Assembly: GCA_014905635.1 (NCBI GenBank)
Contig: JABVCE010000021.1
Location: 620,001-684,000, forward strand
DNA from: Scenedesmus sp. PABB004
Taxonomy: Eukaryota
DNA length: 64,000 nt
Reading direction: 5' to 3'
In this document: in pieces, positions 12,081 through 29,967 of the stretch
How positions within the stretch are numbered: position 1 is the stretch's first letter
How the letters are laid out: each line of letters starts with the position of its first letter
Notes under the pieces: generated by a model
What the model saw: the letters and a program-made list of their open reading frames with translations, nothing else
Database searches by the model: none
Told to the model about the DNA's origin: nothing
Translations under genes and position numbers: made by a program

Positions 12081-14101
12081 ATGCGCGCGGTGACTCTGCT
12101 GCTGCTCTGCGCCACGGCCCTGCACGCCGCCCAGGGCGCGCCGCCGCCGCCCCCGAAGAAACCGGCGGCAGCCCCTGCGCCCCCCGCGGCCAAGAGCTCC
12201 GGCGCGGCGGCGCCGCCAGCCGGCGCGGCGGCGGGCCCGTATGCTGCGGGGACCTCGCCCACGACGCTGACCAAGACGCTGCGCGTCAAGAGCAGCCACT
12301 CGCTGCCGCACGGCGTGCTCAAGGACGCGGCGGTCGGCCGCGCCGTGCACGTCGAGGGCAGCTCCGACGTGGTCGTGGGCGCGCCGAGCGTGGCGCTGTC
12401 GCTGACCGCGAAGCGCAACAAGCACATGGATCTCACTGATACCGACGCGCTCGACGTGAGCGACGACGAGGCGTTTGACCTTGTCGGAACGGTGAGCGAG
12501 CGACCCCGGGCGGGTGGAGCCGGGAGGCGCGGCGGGCGGCGGCAGCGGGATGCAGCCTGGCCGTGCGCCGCTCACCGCCCGCGCCGCGCCTGCACCGCGG
12601 CCGCGCCCGCGCCCGCGGCGGCGCCGGCACACAGGGCAACGCCAAGGTCGCGGCGGGCGAGATGGACGACCTCGCGTCAGTCTTCCCCGAGGGCTGCATC
12701 ACATGCTACACCGGCGACCGCAGCGCCACGCCCGCGCCCATCCCGCCGAGCGTGCTCAACACCGACATCACCGTCGCCGCCGCGTTCTCGGTGCCGTCGT
12801 CGGTCGGCAGCCGCGTCGCCGTGCGCGACGGCGCCGAGGTGCGCGGCTCGAGCGCCGTGCGCGTGGACGGCTCAAACGTGCGCGTCGCGAGCGACACGAG
12901 CGACAACGTGGCCATCCTCACCAACGACGCAGACCTCGGCGGTGCGCCCGCCGGCCGCCCGCGCCCCGCCGAGCACTGCGCTGCACCGCCGGCCGGCCGG
13001 CCGCCGCGCGCGCCGCGCTCGCCCATCGCGCCGCCCCGCCCCACGCCGCCACGGCCCGCGCCCGCAGACGTTGCCGACAACGGCGGCACGACCGGCATGG
13101 CGACGGGCAACGCCATCGTGGTCACGGGCGAGGTGGAGGAGCCGATGCGCGGCGACAACACCGCCCCCGCGGGCGCGGCCGCGGCGGCCGAGGAGGAGGA
13201 GGCCGAGCCCGCGGACGGCGCCGCGCCCGCGGCCAAGCCCGCGCCCGCGCCGAGGGCCGCGCCCGCGGCGCGGGTCGCGCCCGTCGCGCCGCACCTGCCC
13301 AACAGCAGCGGCCGCAACTCGCCCGCGCGCCGGGGCGTCCCTGCGAGGGGGCGCAAGCTGCTGCTCGCCGCGGCGGCGGCGCGCGGGGCGCGCGGCGGCG
13401 GCGGCGCCCCCGCGCCGGCCGGGGGCGGCGCGTCGTCGTCGCTGCGCGCCGAGAGCCGCACCACCGAGGGCGAGGCGGGCATGGACTTCACGATGACCAT
13501 GAACGTGACCAACCTGGTGCACGTGGACACGCGGCGCAGCGTCGACGGCGCGTCGGGCGTGTCGCTCGCCGGCCCGCGCGTGGACCTGCGCCTCGGCGCG
13601 CGCGGCAACAAGCAGCTCGCGGCCAACGGCAGCAGCCTGTTCAACGTCGACGTCGCGACCGGCTGCGCCGTGCACGCGGGCGCGCCGGGGCGCAGCCGCC
13701 GCGCGGGCCCGGGCGCGGTGCTGCGCGGCGCCGGCGCCGGCGGCAGCGGCGGCAGCAGCCGCACCGAGCTCTCCGCGCGCGGCGCGTTCCGCATCGTCCT
13801 CAACATCATCACCACCGTCAACGTCGACGCGCGCCAGGCGGTCAGCCGCTCGCGCAACGTGCGCCTCGGCGGCGCGAGCGTGCAGGTCGCCGTCGATGTG
13901 AGCAACAACACGCAGCTCAGCGCCGTCAACGCGAGCATCGCCAACGTCATCGCGCACGGCGGCTGCGGCGGCGGCGGGGCGTCGCCGCCCGCCCCCGACG
14001 CGCCGGCGGCGCTGCCGCTGCCGATGCTGCTGCCGCACAAGTTTGCGCTCGCGGCCGCGGCGGCGCTGCAGGCGCTCGCGCAGCAGCTGCGCCTGCACTG
14101 A
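12081..14101 (+). CDS. Secreted hypothetical protein (Pro-rich linker, Val/Asn/Ser-rich beta-like regions), 3 exons
   Basis: Signal peptide MRAVTLLLLCATALHAAQG; introns 12492-12634 and 12942-13067; internal RKLL motif. Start could alternatively be 12069. Confidence 0.7.
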
Positions 14102-14370
14102 ACAACACAACACATTGCTGAGCAAGACACTCGCTGACGTCAACTCCACATGGGATGTTCCATGCACACCTCAACTCCACACCCACGCACGTTCCGTTTC
14201 ATTCCATGCACGGCATGCACATCACGCCCCGGGAGGCTGGAGCGCGACCTCTTTGGCGCGCCGGCGGTGCCGCCTGCCCGCCGCGGGGAGCCCACGCGCC
14301 CCTGGTTTGGTTTTCGGCCGGACTGTCCCCACACACGTTTCCTTGCTCCAGCTGGAGGGTTGGGTGGTTG

Positions 14371-14450
14371 CTGCCAAGCGAGGCGGGGCTGGTCTGAGCT
14401 GCCAAGCGAGGCGGGGCTGGTCTGAGCTGCCAAGCGAGGCGGGGTTTGAG
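14371..14450. repeat. 28-bp tandem repeat x3 (CTGCCAAGCGAGGCGGGGCTGGTCTGAG)
   Basis: Two perfect copies and one degenerate copy, intergenic. Confidence 0.9.
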
Positions 14451-14962
14451 CTCAGCTGAGCTGGGCGGTCGCGCCTCGCATGAGAACGCCGGCGCGCGCG
14501 TTGCGCGCTTTGTGTGTGTGGCCTGCCTGGGACTGGTCTTGGCGGCACTGCCTTTTCTGCGCATCTGGAGCCACAGTGCGGCGCCGTGGCGCGACGCTGG
14601 GCGGTCGCTTCTGCACTGACCTGCGCGTGGGGCTCGAGACACGCCGGCGCCGCCCAGTTGCGCTGCCGCCGGCGTCGGGAGGCCGCGCGGGGTGTGCCCG
14701 CGTGGTCCTAACGGGGGGCAGCGCGCCCGAGAGAAGAAGCGGCGCGACCCGCCGCCGAGAGCGCCCAGAACCGCCCGCCGAGTGCGGCACCTGCCGCCGC
14801 CACCAGCAGCGCAGCCCCCCATTCCCGACCCCCCGCGGCCCGCCCCCTCACACCACGATGGCTCCACGCAGCTCCACCAGCTGATCGGCCGCGCGCTGCG
14901 CGAGCAGCGCGCCGACTCGGCGGCCCCCGCACGCGCCGCGCGGCCCCGCCGCGCCGCAGCCC

Positions 14963-15937
14963 ATGGGCCGCACCACCGCGCTTCGCCTGGCCGTCCTGGC
15001 GCTCGCAGCGGCGCTGGCGGCGGCGCGGGGGCTGCTGCAGGCGCCGCTCCCGCTCCCTCCGCCGCCGGGCGGCGCCGGTGGCCTCACCCTGCAGGAGCTG
15101 CTCGGTGCGGTGGGCGTTTCGGCCGACCGCGCCGGCAACGTGCGGGTGGCGGTGCCGATGCCGCCGCAGCCGGGCGGCGGCGCCAACGCGTCGGGCGGCG
15201 CGCGGGCGCCGCCGCCGCCCCTCGTCGTCGACGTCAAGCTCTCCGACCTCTTCCCCGGCGAGCGCCCTGGCCGCCGCCTGGCCCAGGCAACGGGGGCCGC
15301 GGCGGCAGCGCGCGACGCAGACCTTTCCGCCTACATGCGCGCCAACCCCGGCGCGGCGGGCGCGCTGCAGCAGCTCGGCGCCGCGCCCGGCGGCGCCGCG
15401 CCGGAGCCGCGCGCGCGCTTGACGCTCTGTGACCTGTTTGGCGCCGGGTCCGCCGACTGCGCCGGCGGGCGGCGGCGGGGGCTGCGCGCCCACGAGGGCA
15501 GCCCCGCCGCCAGCGACGCGGCGGGGCTGCAGGCCGAGGTCGCGGCGTGGGCGGCCGGCGCGCCTGAGAGCGACCGCGCGGCGGTGCGGCAGATCGCCGG
15601 CGGCGGCGGCAACGCCAGCGGCGCCGCGCCGCCGCCGCCGGCGCTGGCCCTGGGCGACGTGGTCGGCGCGCCGCCGCCGCCGCGCCGGTCGGGCGCCCGG
15701 CGCCGCGCCCTGCTGCAGGCGGGCGCTGCTTCGCAGCCCGCCGACGACGACCTGCAGCGCTGGGCGGCCAGCACGGCGAGCAGCCAGGAGCGCCAGGAGC
15801 TCAGCGCGCTCGGCGCCACGCGGCTGCGCCCGCGCGCCGGCGGCGTGCAGCTGAGCGACGTGCGGGGCGACCACGCCGGCCGCCGCCAGCTGCGCGCATT
15901 GGGCGCGGCGCGCCGCCTGCGCGGCGGCGGCGGCTGA
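14963..15937 (+). CDS. Intronless secreted protein with internal repeats and multiple RR-x-L motifs
   Basis: 324-aa ORF with signal peptide MGRTTALRLAVLALAAALAAA; TGTAA at 16240. Confidence 0.75.
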   Translation: MGRTTALRLAVLALAAALAAARGLLQAPLPLPPPPGGAGGLTLQELLGAVGVSADRAGNVRVAVPMPPQPGGGANASGGARAPPPPLVVDVKLSDLFPGERPGRRLAQATGAAAAARDADLSAYMRANPGAAGALQQLGAAPGGAAPEPRARLTLCDLFGAGSADCAGGRRRGLRAHEGSPAASDAAGLQAEVAAWAAGAPESDRAAVRQIAGGGGNASGAAPPPPALALGDVVGAPPPPRRSGARRRALLQAGAASQPADDDLQRWAASTASSQERQELSALGATRLRPRAGGVQLSDVRGDHAGRRQLRALGAARRLRGGGG

Positions 15938-15999
15938 GAGGGATGGATTGGGGAGGCCGCGGGGGGCGCGGACCAATCACGGCGCTGAGAGCCCGCCGC

Positions 16000-18001
16000 T
16001 CAGCTGGCGCGGGGGATCGTGTCCGCCGCGGCCGCCGGGGCGTCCCGCACACGTGCGTGCCAAGCCCCGAATAAGAGCGGCGCGCGGCGCAGCGCGGGGC
16101 TGTCGCATTTGATGGCCGGCGGCGGCGCTCGCGCCTGCAGTGCCCATCTATCTGCCTGACCTGCCCCCGCGCCGAGTCCTGCCTGCCTCGCCGTCACCAC
16201 GCGGCGCCGGCGCCGCCCCGGCCCGCGTGCGCGCGTGCGTGTAAGTTGCCAATTGTTGTCGCCGTCGCCGTCACGGCGCAGCCGCGGCTGTCCCCCCGCG
16301 CCCGCCGTCGCGGCCGCGCCGCCGCCGCCGCCAACTGGCTGCGGCGCGCCTCCGCCGCCGCCAGCCGCCGCGATCGCCGCCGCCGCCGCGGGCGACAGCT
16401 GCGCCGCCGGCGCGCCGGGGCCATGCAGCCGCACGCCGCCGCCGCTGCTGTCGGCCTCTGCCTCTGCCTCGTCGCCGTCGCTGTCGTCCTCGACGACCTT
16501 GAAAAAGGTGTAGGACAGCGTTATGTCATGAATGTTGCTGCGGCGGCGCGGCGGCGGCGCGGCGCGCCTGCTGGGTCGATGCGCGCGCGCGCGGGGCCGC
16601 CACGCGCACGGGGCCGCCCGCGCGCCGCGCGCCGCGTGCGGGCCGCGCCCCCGCCGCCCCGCAGCGCGCGCGCGCACCGGCAGTTGTGGTCCGTCACGAG
16701 CTCCGGGTCGATGTAGAAAAACACCGGCATGTCCACCACCTCGCCGCCGCGCAGGCGTTGCTCCTCAAAGCAGAAGCACTGCACCTGCACCGCGCACGCG
16801 CGCAGGCGCCGCCGCCGCCGCCGCCGCCGAGCGTGTCAGCCCGCCGGCGCGGCCCGCGGGCCGCCCAGCCGCCGCGGCCCGGCCCGAGCTGCCCAACGGT
16901 CAACTGCGCCGGTGGGGCCAGCAATGAAAAAACGTGGTGTGGCGCACCTTGTTGAAGTAGTACGCCGCCTTGTCGGGCACCACGTTGTACGTCGACACGC
17001 CAGTGATGGCGCGGTCGCTGCGCGGGGGCGCGGGCGCGGCGGCGCGGCGGCGCTCGCCCGGCGGCGCGCTCGCACGACGGCGCGCGGCGGCGCGCGAGGC
17101 GGCGCGTCGGGGCCGTGCGGCGGCGCGCGGGGGCCCACGGCGGCGCCGGGCGCCGCACCTCTTGTTCTGTGCGGTGAAGAACGCCAGCGTGCTCTCGCCG
17201 GGGTGCACCGTCACATACTCCTGCGCGCCCGGCGCCGCCTGATGCGCCCGCGCGTCGCCGCACGCGCGCGCGCTGCGCTGCGCGTGCGCCCCCCGCCGCG
17301 CCGCGCCGCGCCGCGCCTGCGTGGGCGTGAAGCGCCAGGGCATGTCGTCGGCGACGTCGGAGCTGAACCACACGCGTATCTCGCGCGCCGCACACTTGGC
17401 GTCGAGCTCCGCGTCGGGCGCCGCCTCGCGCGCGGCGAGCTTGGCCTCAATGTTGTGGCTGCGCCCCACCGCGCCGCCGTAGCCGGTCGCCTGGCAGAAC
17501 GCGCGATACAGGGGCACGCTGGCGTAGGAGAAGCCCACCATGCCCAGCACCACCGCGCCCTGGCGTGGGGCGCGGCGCCGGGGCGACGGCGCGCAGCGGC
17601 GGAACGGGCGGCGGGGTCGGCGACGCGCCCGGGCGTGGCGGGCGGCGGGGTGCTGGCTGCCCTGCTGCGCCTCGGGCGGGGTGCAGCGCAGCGCATCGCG
17701 CAGCAGCGCGCACCAGATAGAGGGCGTTGTCCTGGATGCGCTTCTCACGCTTCGCCCGCGCCTGCTGGTAGCCCGCGGACTGGGCGGCGCAGCGCGCCTG
17801 CTGCAGCGTCGCCGCCGCCCACGCGCCGGCGCCCCACGGGCCGCCCGGCGGCGCGCGCCGCGCGGCGGCGAGCACCTCTGCCCAGAGCGGCGCCTGCTGC
17901 AGCGGGTCGAGCGCGCGCGCCGCCGCCGACGGCGCGCCGGCGCCGGGCGCCGCCGCGGCGACCGCTGCCGCGCGCGCCGCGAGCGCGCCCAGGCGCAGCA
18001 T
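16000..18001 (-). CDS. COX11: Cytochrome c oxidase copper chaperone COX11, 6 exons; true stop may be 16271
   Basis: [69 protein letters not shown]. Confidence 0.95.
16240..16244 (+). promoter_or_regulatory. TGTAA polyadenylation signal
   Basis: Lies downstream of the stop at 15937. Confidence 0.5.
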
Positions 18002-18383
18002 GGCGCGGGGTGGGCGGTCGCCGCGCCTCCTCCTGGCGTGGCGACCGGTGCTTGTGTGTGCGGCGGCGCCGGCCGGCGGCGGCAGCGTGACCGGCAGCAG
18101 CGCGTGGTGCAGCTCGCGCGGTCGGCAGCGCGCGCGGCGGCAGCTGCGGCTGTGGCGCGTGTGCTGGCGTGTGGGCGTGCGCGCTCCTCTCAAGCCAGGC
18201 AGCCAGCGAGGCGCGGTGGTGGGCGGTGAGCCCTGGGCTGCTGCTCCCGCGTCTCCCTAGCGCAGGACTGCCCGTGAGGCCGGCGCGCCGCGACCATCTC
18301 GACCCCCGCACCTCCCTTCAAGCCCCCCGCGCGCCCGCGCCGCGCCCGCGCGCCCGCCCCAGCAGCGCCCGCCACCGGCCGCG

Positions 18384-21512
<3,129 letters not shown>

Positions 21513-21652
21513 CAGCCGACGCGCTGCCGTTGGGTTCGGGAGAGCGGGACGACGCCGGCGAAGCAGGCGCAGCCGCGCAGCCACACACAACAGGGAAGCC
21601 AGCAGAGAGCTCGGGCCGCTGCGGCTGCTCGGCCCGGGCAGCAAGCAGCGAG

Positions 21653-22414
21653 ATGCTGTCGGGCGGGTCTCGATCGTGTCGATGCGACCCCTCGGCCGCC
21701 TGGCCGGCCAGCGGGGCGACGGCAGCCGCGGCGGGGCTGGCGCGGCAGCGGCGCGCTGGCAGCAGCGCGCGGCCCGGGCCGCCCTCGCTCGCACGACGCA
21801 CGGCAGCCGCCGCGGCCGCGCCACCACCACCACCCAGAGGCGCTGACTGGCAGGCGGGAGCCCCAGCGGAACAGCCAGCGCCCCTGCCGGCGCCGGCGCC
21901 GCGGCACCAGCAGCAGCAGGTGCAGCAGGAGCCGCCGCGGCAGCAGCAGCAGCAGCAGCCGCGCGACGTGCGGCCCGGGCCGCCGGCGGAGGAGCCGCCG
22001 CGCGGCCGGCTCGCGGCGGTGCGGCGCCTGCTCGCGTCGCACGGGCCGGGGGCGTTCCTCATGTACATCACGCTGAGCAATGTGCTGTCGGTCGGCATGC
22101 TGGCCGCGGGCATGCTCGGCTTCACCGTGGCCACTGGCGCGACGCCACTGTCAGCGCCGCCGCTCTTCGCCGCCTTTTACGCCGCCGGCTGGGCGGCGCT
22201 CAACGCGGCGCGGCCGCTCAAGCTCGCGGCGGGCCTCGCGGCCGCGCCGCTCGGCGGCGCCGCGGTCGACGGCGCGGCGCGCGCGCTGCGCTGCTCCAAG
22301 CACGCGGCGCTCGTCGCGCTGCTGGTGGCCGAGGCGGCGGTGCTGCTCGCCTTCCTCGGCGCTGTGGCGCTGCACGCGCAGCGCATCGCGGCCGCGGCGG
22401 CGGCGGCCGGCTGA
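21653..22414 (+). CDS. Hypothetical organellar membrane protein (DUF1279/FAM210-like)
   Basis: Intronless. LLASHGPGAFLMYITLS...FYAAGWAALNAARPLKLAAGLAAAP pattern with three hydrophobic segments. Confidence 0.6.
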   Translation: MLSGGSRSCRCDPSAAWPASGATAAAAGLARQRRAGSSARPGPPSLARRTAAAAAAPPPPPRGADWQAGAPAEQPAPLPAPAPRHQQQQVQQEPPRQQQQQQPRDVRPGPPAEEPPRGRLAAVRRLLASHGPGAFLMYITLSNVLSVGMLAAGMLGFTVATGATPLSAPPLFAAFYAAGWAALNAARPLKLAAGLAAAPLGGAAVDGAARALRCSKHAALVALLVAEAAVLLAFLGAVALHAQRIAAAAAAAG

Positions 22415-23030
22415 CGGGCGGCGCCGCCATCCATTTACTCGGAGTTCAGGAGGGCGCGGGCGCGGCGCGCCTCATGCCGCCGCTGCTGCGTCGACCTCAG
22501 AGCATCGCGTCTGTGTCAAGAGGCGGGCGCGGGCGGGCGGGCGACGGCCCATGTGTGGCGACGACGCCCGCGCGCGCCCCCGCCCGCCTGGTCATGTATG
22601 TGTGTGTGCAACTCTTCTTCGCCCCTCCCGCTACCCTGCGCCGCAGCGCCAATCTACACCTACACGTGATCACGATCACGACCCGGCCGGTGCAAACACA
22701 GAAGACCAAACGCCGTTTCACGCCACAAAACTGCACAGGCGGCGGCGGCTCGCCGCCGCACGGGCGCGGCAGCACTGCACGGGCGCACAGGGGCCGCGCC
22801 GGCCGGTCACGTCGGGGTACGTAAGAGAAAGTAAGGAAGTCGCTGCCCTCGTCCTGTGCCTGGCAACCACCTCCTAGGTCAAGGAGCGAGTCGCGGCGGG
22901 CGGCCGCGCTGGCGGCTGCCCGCCGTCCGCAGACCCGCCCGTCAGCCCCCGCCCGCCAGCCCCCCGCCAGCCGAAGCTCGCCGCCCGCGCGGCCCGACCC
23001 GCAGCCCCCGAGCACCCCCGCACGGCGCCG

Positions 23031-25864
<2,834 letters not shown>

Positions 25865-27066
25865 GCTGCGCGGCGGCGGCGCGTCGGCGCGGGGCGGGCG
25901 CGGTGGGCGGTGCGGGCATGATCCGGGCCGCGCCCGCGCGCCGCGGCGCCGAGTCGGGCGGCCAGCTGGCGCGGCGCAACTCGCCAGCTGGCGCGCTCAG
26001 GGCGGCCGCTGGGGCCCGCGCGGCGCGCGAGATCGGTGGGGCGCGGCCTGACGGCCCGCCCCGGCCACCGCACGCGGCCGCGCGGCGCCCGTGCGCGCCG
26101 GGGCGCCGCCCAACGCTGCCGCGCAGAGCTGCGCGCCCGTCCCGCGCGCCGCGGGGCCCACCTGGCGCGGCAGCCCCGGACAGGCGCCTGCCGGTGGCCC
26201 TGGGGCCCCCGGAGGCGCGGCGGAGCTGGGCTGCCTGCGGCGGGCGCCCACCAGCGCGCAGGCAAAGTACCGCGAACTGCGCGTGCGCACGTCGGCGTGC
26301 GATGGAGCGCCGACGTCAAAACGACTGGCGGCTCACGCGGCGGGGGGGCGGCCAGGGCTCCGCGGGAAGTGCCGCGACTGTCGGTCATCGCGCGGAGCCA
26401 GGCCGTGTGAGGCGCTTAGTCCATCATGGACTGGCGATGACCGCGAGAGGGCCGGTCCGCTGCGCCCTTCCGACCGCGATCCTGACCTGCCGCACTGCAG
26501 CCCGCCGCCGCAACGCGCGTCGGCGGCCCGCCGCGCGCGCCCGGCGCCGGCCGCCCGCCGCAGCCCACTGCCACGGCTGGCCCCGTCGCGCGCGCAGGGC
26601 CCGCCCACAAGCTCCGCCCACGAGCTCACGCGATGCGCGGCGAGGCGCGCCGCCGCTTTCTCTGCACGCGCTGCCGGCGCGCGCAGCACGCCGCCGCGGG
26701 CTGGCGCCGCGCGCGATCGCGATGGTGCAGCTTGCGCCGGCGTGTGCTCCCGACCAGAGCTCTCACGGCCAGGCCGCGGACGGCGCCGCGTGCGGCGCCG
26801 CCGCCCGCGCGCGGCGGCACGCACGGCGGCTCGTCGTAGCGGTTCACCGGCCCGCCGGCAGCCTGAGCGCGCGTCACCGACCGCTCAGACCGGCGCCGGT
26901 CCAGCCCTGCGATTCACCCGCCGCGCCGGCCCGCGCCCGTAAAGACCCCAACCGCTGCTGAATCGATCAGACCGACCTCGCGTGGTGCCGTGCCCGCCGC
27001 GGCGAGGCCCGTGCGGCGCGCGTGTGCGTGCAGAGCGATCTCGGCGGGCTCTGGGCGGCGGGGGCC

Positions 27067-29597
27067 ATGGTGCAGGCCGCCGACGCGGGCGGGGCGGGCA
27101 AGAAGGATGCGGCCGCGCCTGGCGAGCCCGCCAAGGCCGCGGAGGAGGCGCCCAAGCCCTTCTCCGCGCGGGAGGGCATGGCCGGCATCGTGGCGCTGCT
27201 GGAGAAGAGCGTGAAGACCAAGGAGACGCGCCTGCTGATGGGGCGGCTCATGCGGCAGACGGCGCTGCTGCGCAAGCACGCGACCGCCGCCGACCTGGCC
27301 GCCTTCGTCGCCGCCTACCTGCCCGCGGGCAGCAGCTCGGGCGCCTTCCTGGCCGGCTTCGTGCAGGCGGTGCGGCGGCGGCGGCGGCGCGGCAGCGGCG
27401 GCAGCGCGCGGGCGGCGGGCGGCGCCAACCGCCACAGCGCCGCGCTCGACGCGGCGCGCTCGCCGCCGCCGCCGCCGCCGCCGCAGGACGCCGGCGTGGC
27501 GCCGATGGAGGACGACGGCGACGCGGCGGCGGCGGGGGCGGCGGCGGCGCGCTGCCCGCGCCGCCGGCGAGCCAGCTGCCCGAGGTCGAGCTGTACCTCT
27601 ACTTGCTGGTGCTCATGCACCTGCTGGACGCCAAGCAGTTCACGCAGGTGGGAAGGGGCCAGCGCCCGCAGCACCACAGCAGCGCCTGCGGCGCGCACGG
27701 GCGGGCCAGGGCGCGTGCGCGCCGGCGCGCGCCGGCGCGACGCGCTCGCGCGCCGCGCGGCCGCAGGCGCGCGAGGTCGCGGACGCGGGCGTGGCGCTGC
27801 TGGCGCAGCACAACCGGCGCACGCTGGATGTCATCGGCGCGCGGCTGTACTCGTACTACAGCTGGGCGTACGAGTGCACCGGCGCGCTCGCCGACGTGCG
27901 CAGGTGCGACGCCCCCGCGGCAGCCCGGCCGGCCGGCGCGCGGCAGCGGGCGCGCCGCCGGCCCCGCCGCCGCCGACCCCGCCGCCGCCGGCGCCGCGCA
28001 GCACGCTGATGGGTGCGCACTGCACCGCGGTGCTGCGCCACGACGCGGTGGGCGCTGAGACGCTCCTCAACCTGCTGCTGCGCAACTACCTGCACTACAG
28101 CCTCTACGACCAGGTGGGTGTGTGCTGTGCTGTGTGCTGTGGGTGTGTGTGCTGTGTGTGTGTGTGCGTGCTGTGTGGCTGCTGGTCGGTTGTTTTGGTT
28201 GTTCGTGGGCGGGGGAGGTGTGTCGTGAGGAGGCGGGCCAGGACGCGCGCTGGCGGCGGCGGGAGCTCGGGAGCGGTCGCCCACGCGCGCCGCCCACGCG
28301 CGCCGCCGCCCACGCGCGCCGCCGCCGCGGCCCGCCGCCGCGGCCCGCCGCCGCGGCCCGCCGCCGCGCAGGCGGAGAAGTTCCGGGCCAAGGCGCAGAA
28401 GGCGGACGTGTGGCGCGTGCCGGGGCAGTACGCGCGGTACCTCTTCTACCTGGGGCTCATCCGCGCGACGCAGCTCGAGTACAGCGAGGCAAAGGAGGTG
28501 CTCGGCCAGGCGGGGCGCAAGGCGCCCACGTCCGCGCACGGCTTCCGCGTCGCGTCCGCAAAGTGGCTCATCGTGGTGCGGCGGCCCGGCGCGGCGGCCG
28601 GGCCGGGGCAGCGCGGCGCGGCGGCGCGGCAGCGCCGGCGCCGGCGCGGCGCGGCGGCGCGCGGCGCCGCGGCCGCCCGCGCGCGCGGGCCCGCGCGCGC
28701 CCGCACCCGCGCCCGCACCCGCGCGCGCGCGCAGGTGCGGCTGCTGCTGGGCGAGGTGCCGGAGCGGGCCGAGTTTGACGCGCCCGGCATGCGCGCCGCG
28801 CTCGCGCCGTACTTTGCGCTCACGCGCGCGGTGCGCAGCGGCGACCTCGCGTCCTTCCGCGCCGCGCGCGAGGCGCACGGCGCGTCCTTCCGCGCGGACC
28901 GCACGTCCAACCTCATCACGCGGCTGCAGTACAACGTCATCCGCACCGGCCTGCGCCGCATCGTCACCGCGTACAGCCGCATCAGCCTTGCGGTGAGGCG
29001 GGGCGGCGGTGCCGCCCGGGTCGGGCAGCGGGCAGCGCGCCGCGGGCCGCGCCGCGCGCGGGGCGCGGCCGCCCGCGCGGCCGGCGCGCGGGCCGACACC
29101 GCCGCGCCGCCGCTGCCGCGGCGCAGGACGTCGCGGAGAAGCTGTCGCTGCCGAGCGCGGACGACGCCGAGTACATCGCGGCCAAGGCGATCCGCGACGG
29201 CGGCATCGACGCGACGCTCGACCGCGCGGGCGGCTTCCTCGCGTCGCGCGAGACCGGCGACCTCTACGCCACGCCAGAGCCGCAGGCGCGCCGCCGCGCG
29301 CGCGCGCGCCGCGCCCTGCCAGCCGCCACTGCCCCCTCCCCAAACACACACGCACACGCGCGCGCACACGCACACACGTTGAACGACGCCCTGCCCGCGC
29401 GCCGCCCCGGCGCGCAGTCGTCGTTCCACGCACGCATCGCGTTCTGCCTCGACCTCCACAACGAGGCGGTCAAGGCGATGCGCTTCGAGCCCGACGCGCA
29501 CAGGCGCGCCCTCGCCGCCGCGAGCGGGCGCAAGGAGGGGCTGAGCGCGGAGGAGATCGCGCGGGCGATCGAGGAGGAGGAGGACGACGACCTGTGA
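27067..29597 (+). CDS. RPN3: 26S proteasome lid subunit RPN3/PSMD3, 8 exons; apparent 1-nt frameshift near 27534-27538
   Basis: LPEVELY, NRRTLDVIGARLYSYYS, LLNLLLRNYLHYSLYDQA, QLEYSEA, IAAKAIRDGGIDA, FHARIAFCLDLHNEAVKAMRF. Confidence 0.95.
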
Positions 29598-29681
29598 GCG
29601 TCTGTCAGGGCGGGCGGGCGGCGCGCTGTGCGGGGCGCCGCGCGCGGGGCGGGCGGCGGCCGGCGGGCGGTGGGCGGGCCG

Positions 29682-29686
29682 TGTAA
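29682..29686 (+). promoter_or_regulatory. TGTAA polyadenylation signal (RPN3)
   Basis: About 85 nt after the stop at 29597. Confidence 0.6.
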
Positions 29687-29967
29687 AAGGCCGGCCGGGG
29701 CCCTCCTCGTGCGTGCGTCGCGGGGCAAGAGAACGATCGGCGATCCGGGCGCGCGCGCGCGCCGAGGTTTACCGCAGCCAGCAGCTGCGCGAAGCCGCGC
29801 CGCCGCGCCCTCTTATCTGCCGCGCTGCCCCCCTTCCTCGCACTGGGACCCACTCGCACTGCCTGAGCGTCCCCCTCAGCCCGCGTCGATCGGCGTCTCT
29901 CGCCCGCGCCCGCGCCCCGCGCCCGCAAGCTCTCGGCAGCCCCCCCCGCTCCCGCCCACGCCTCACG

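Noticed and set aside
10133..14450. 21-bp and 28-bp repeats as CRISPR arrays
   Set aside because: No unique spacers, no cas genes, eukaryotic context.
16000..16270. Long C-terminal extension of COX11
   Set aside because: Non-coding-like, overlaps the convergent gene's 3' UTR, and is removed by a single homopolymer correction.
26415..26490. Palindrome AGTCCATCATGGACT with weak C/D-like boxes
   Set aside because: Non-canonical C box, too short, no convincing terminal stem or guide.
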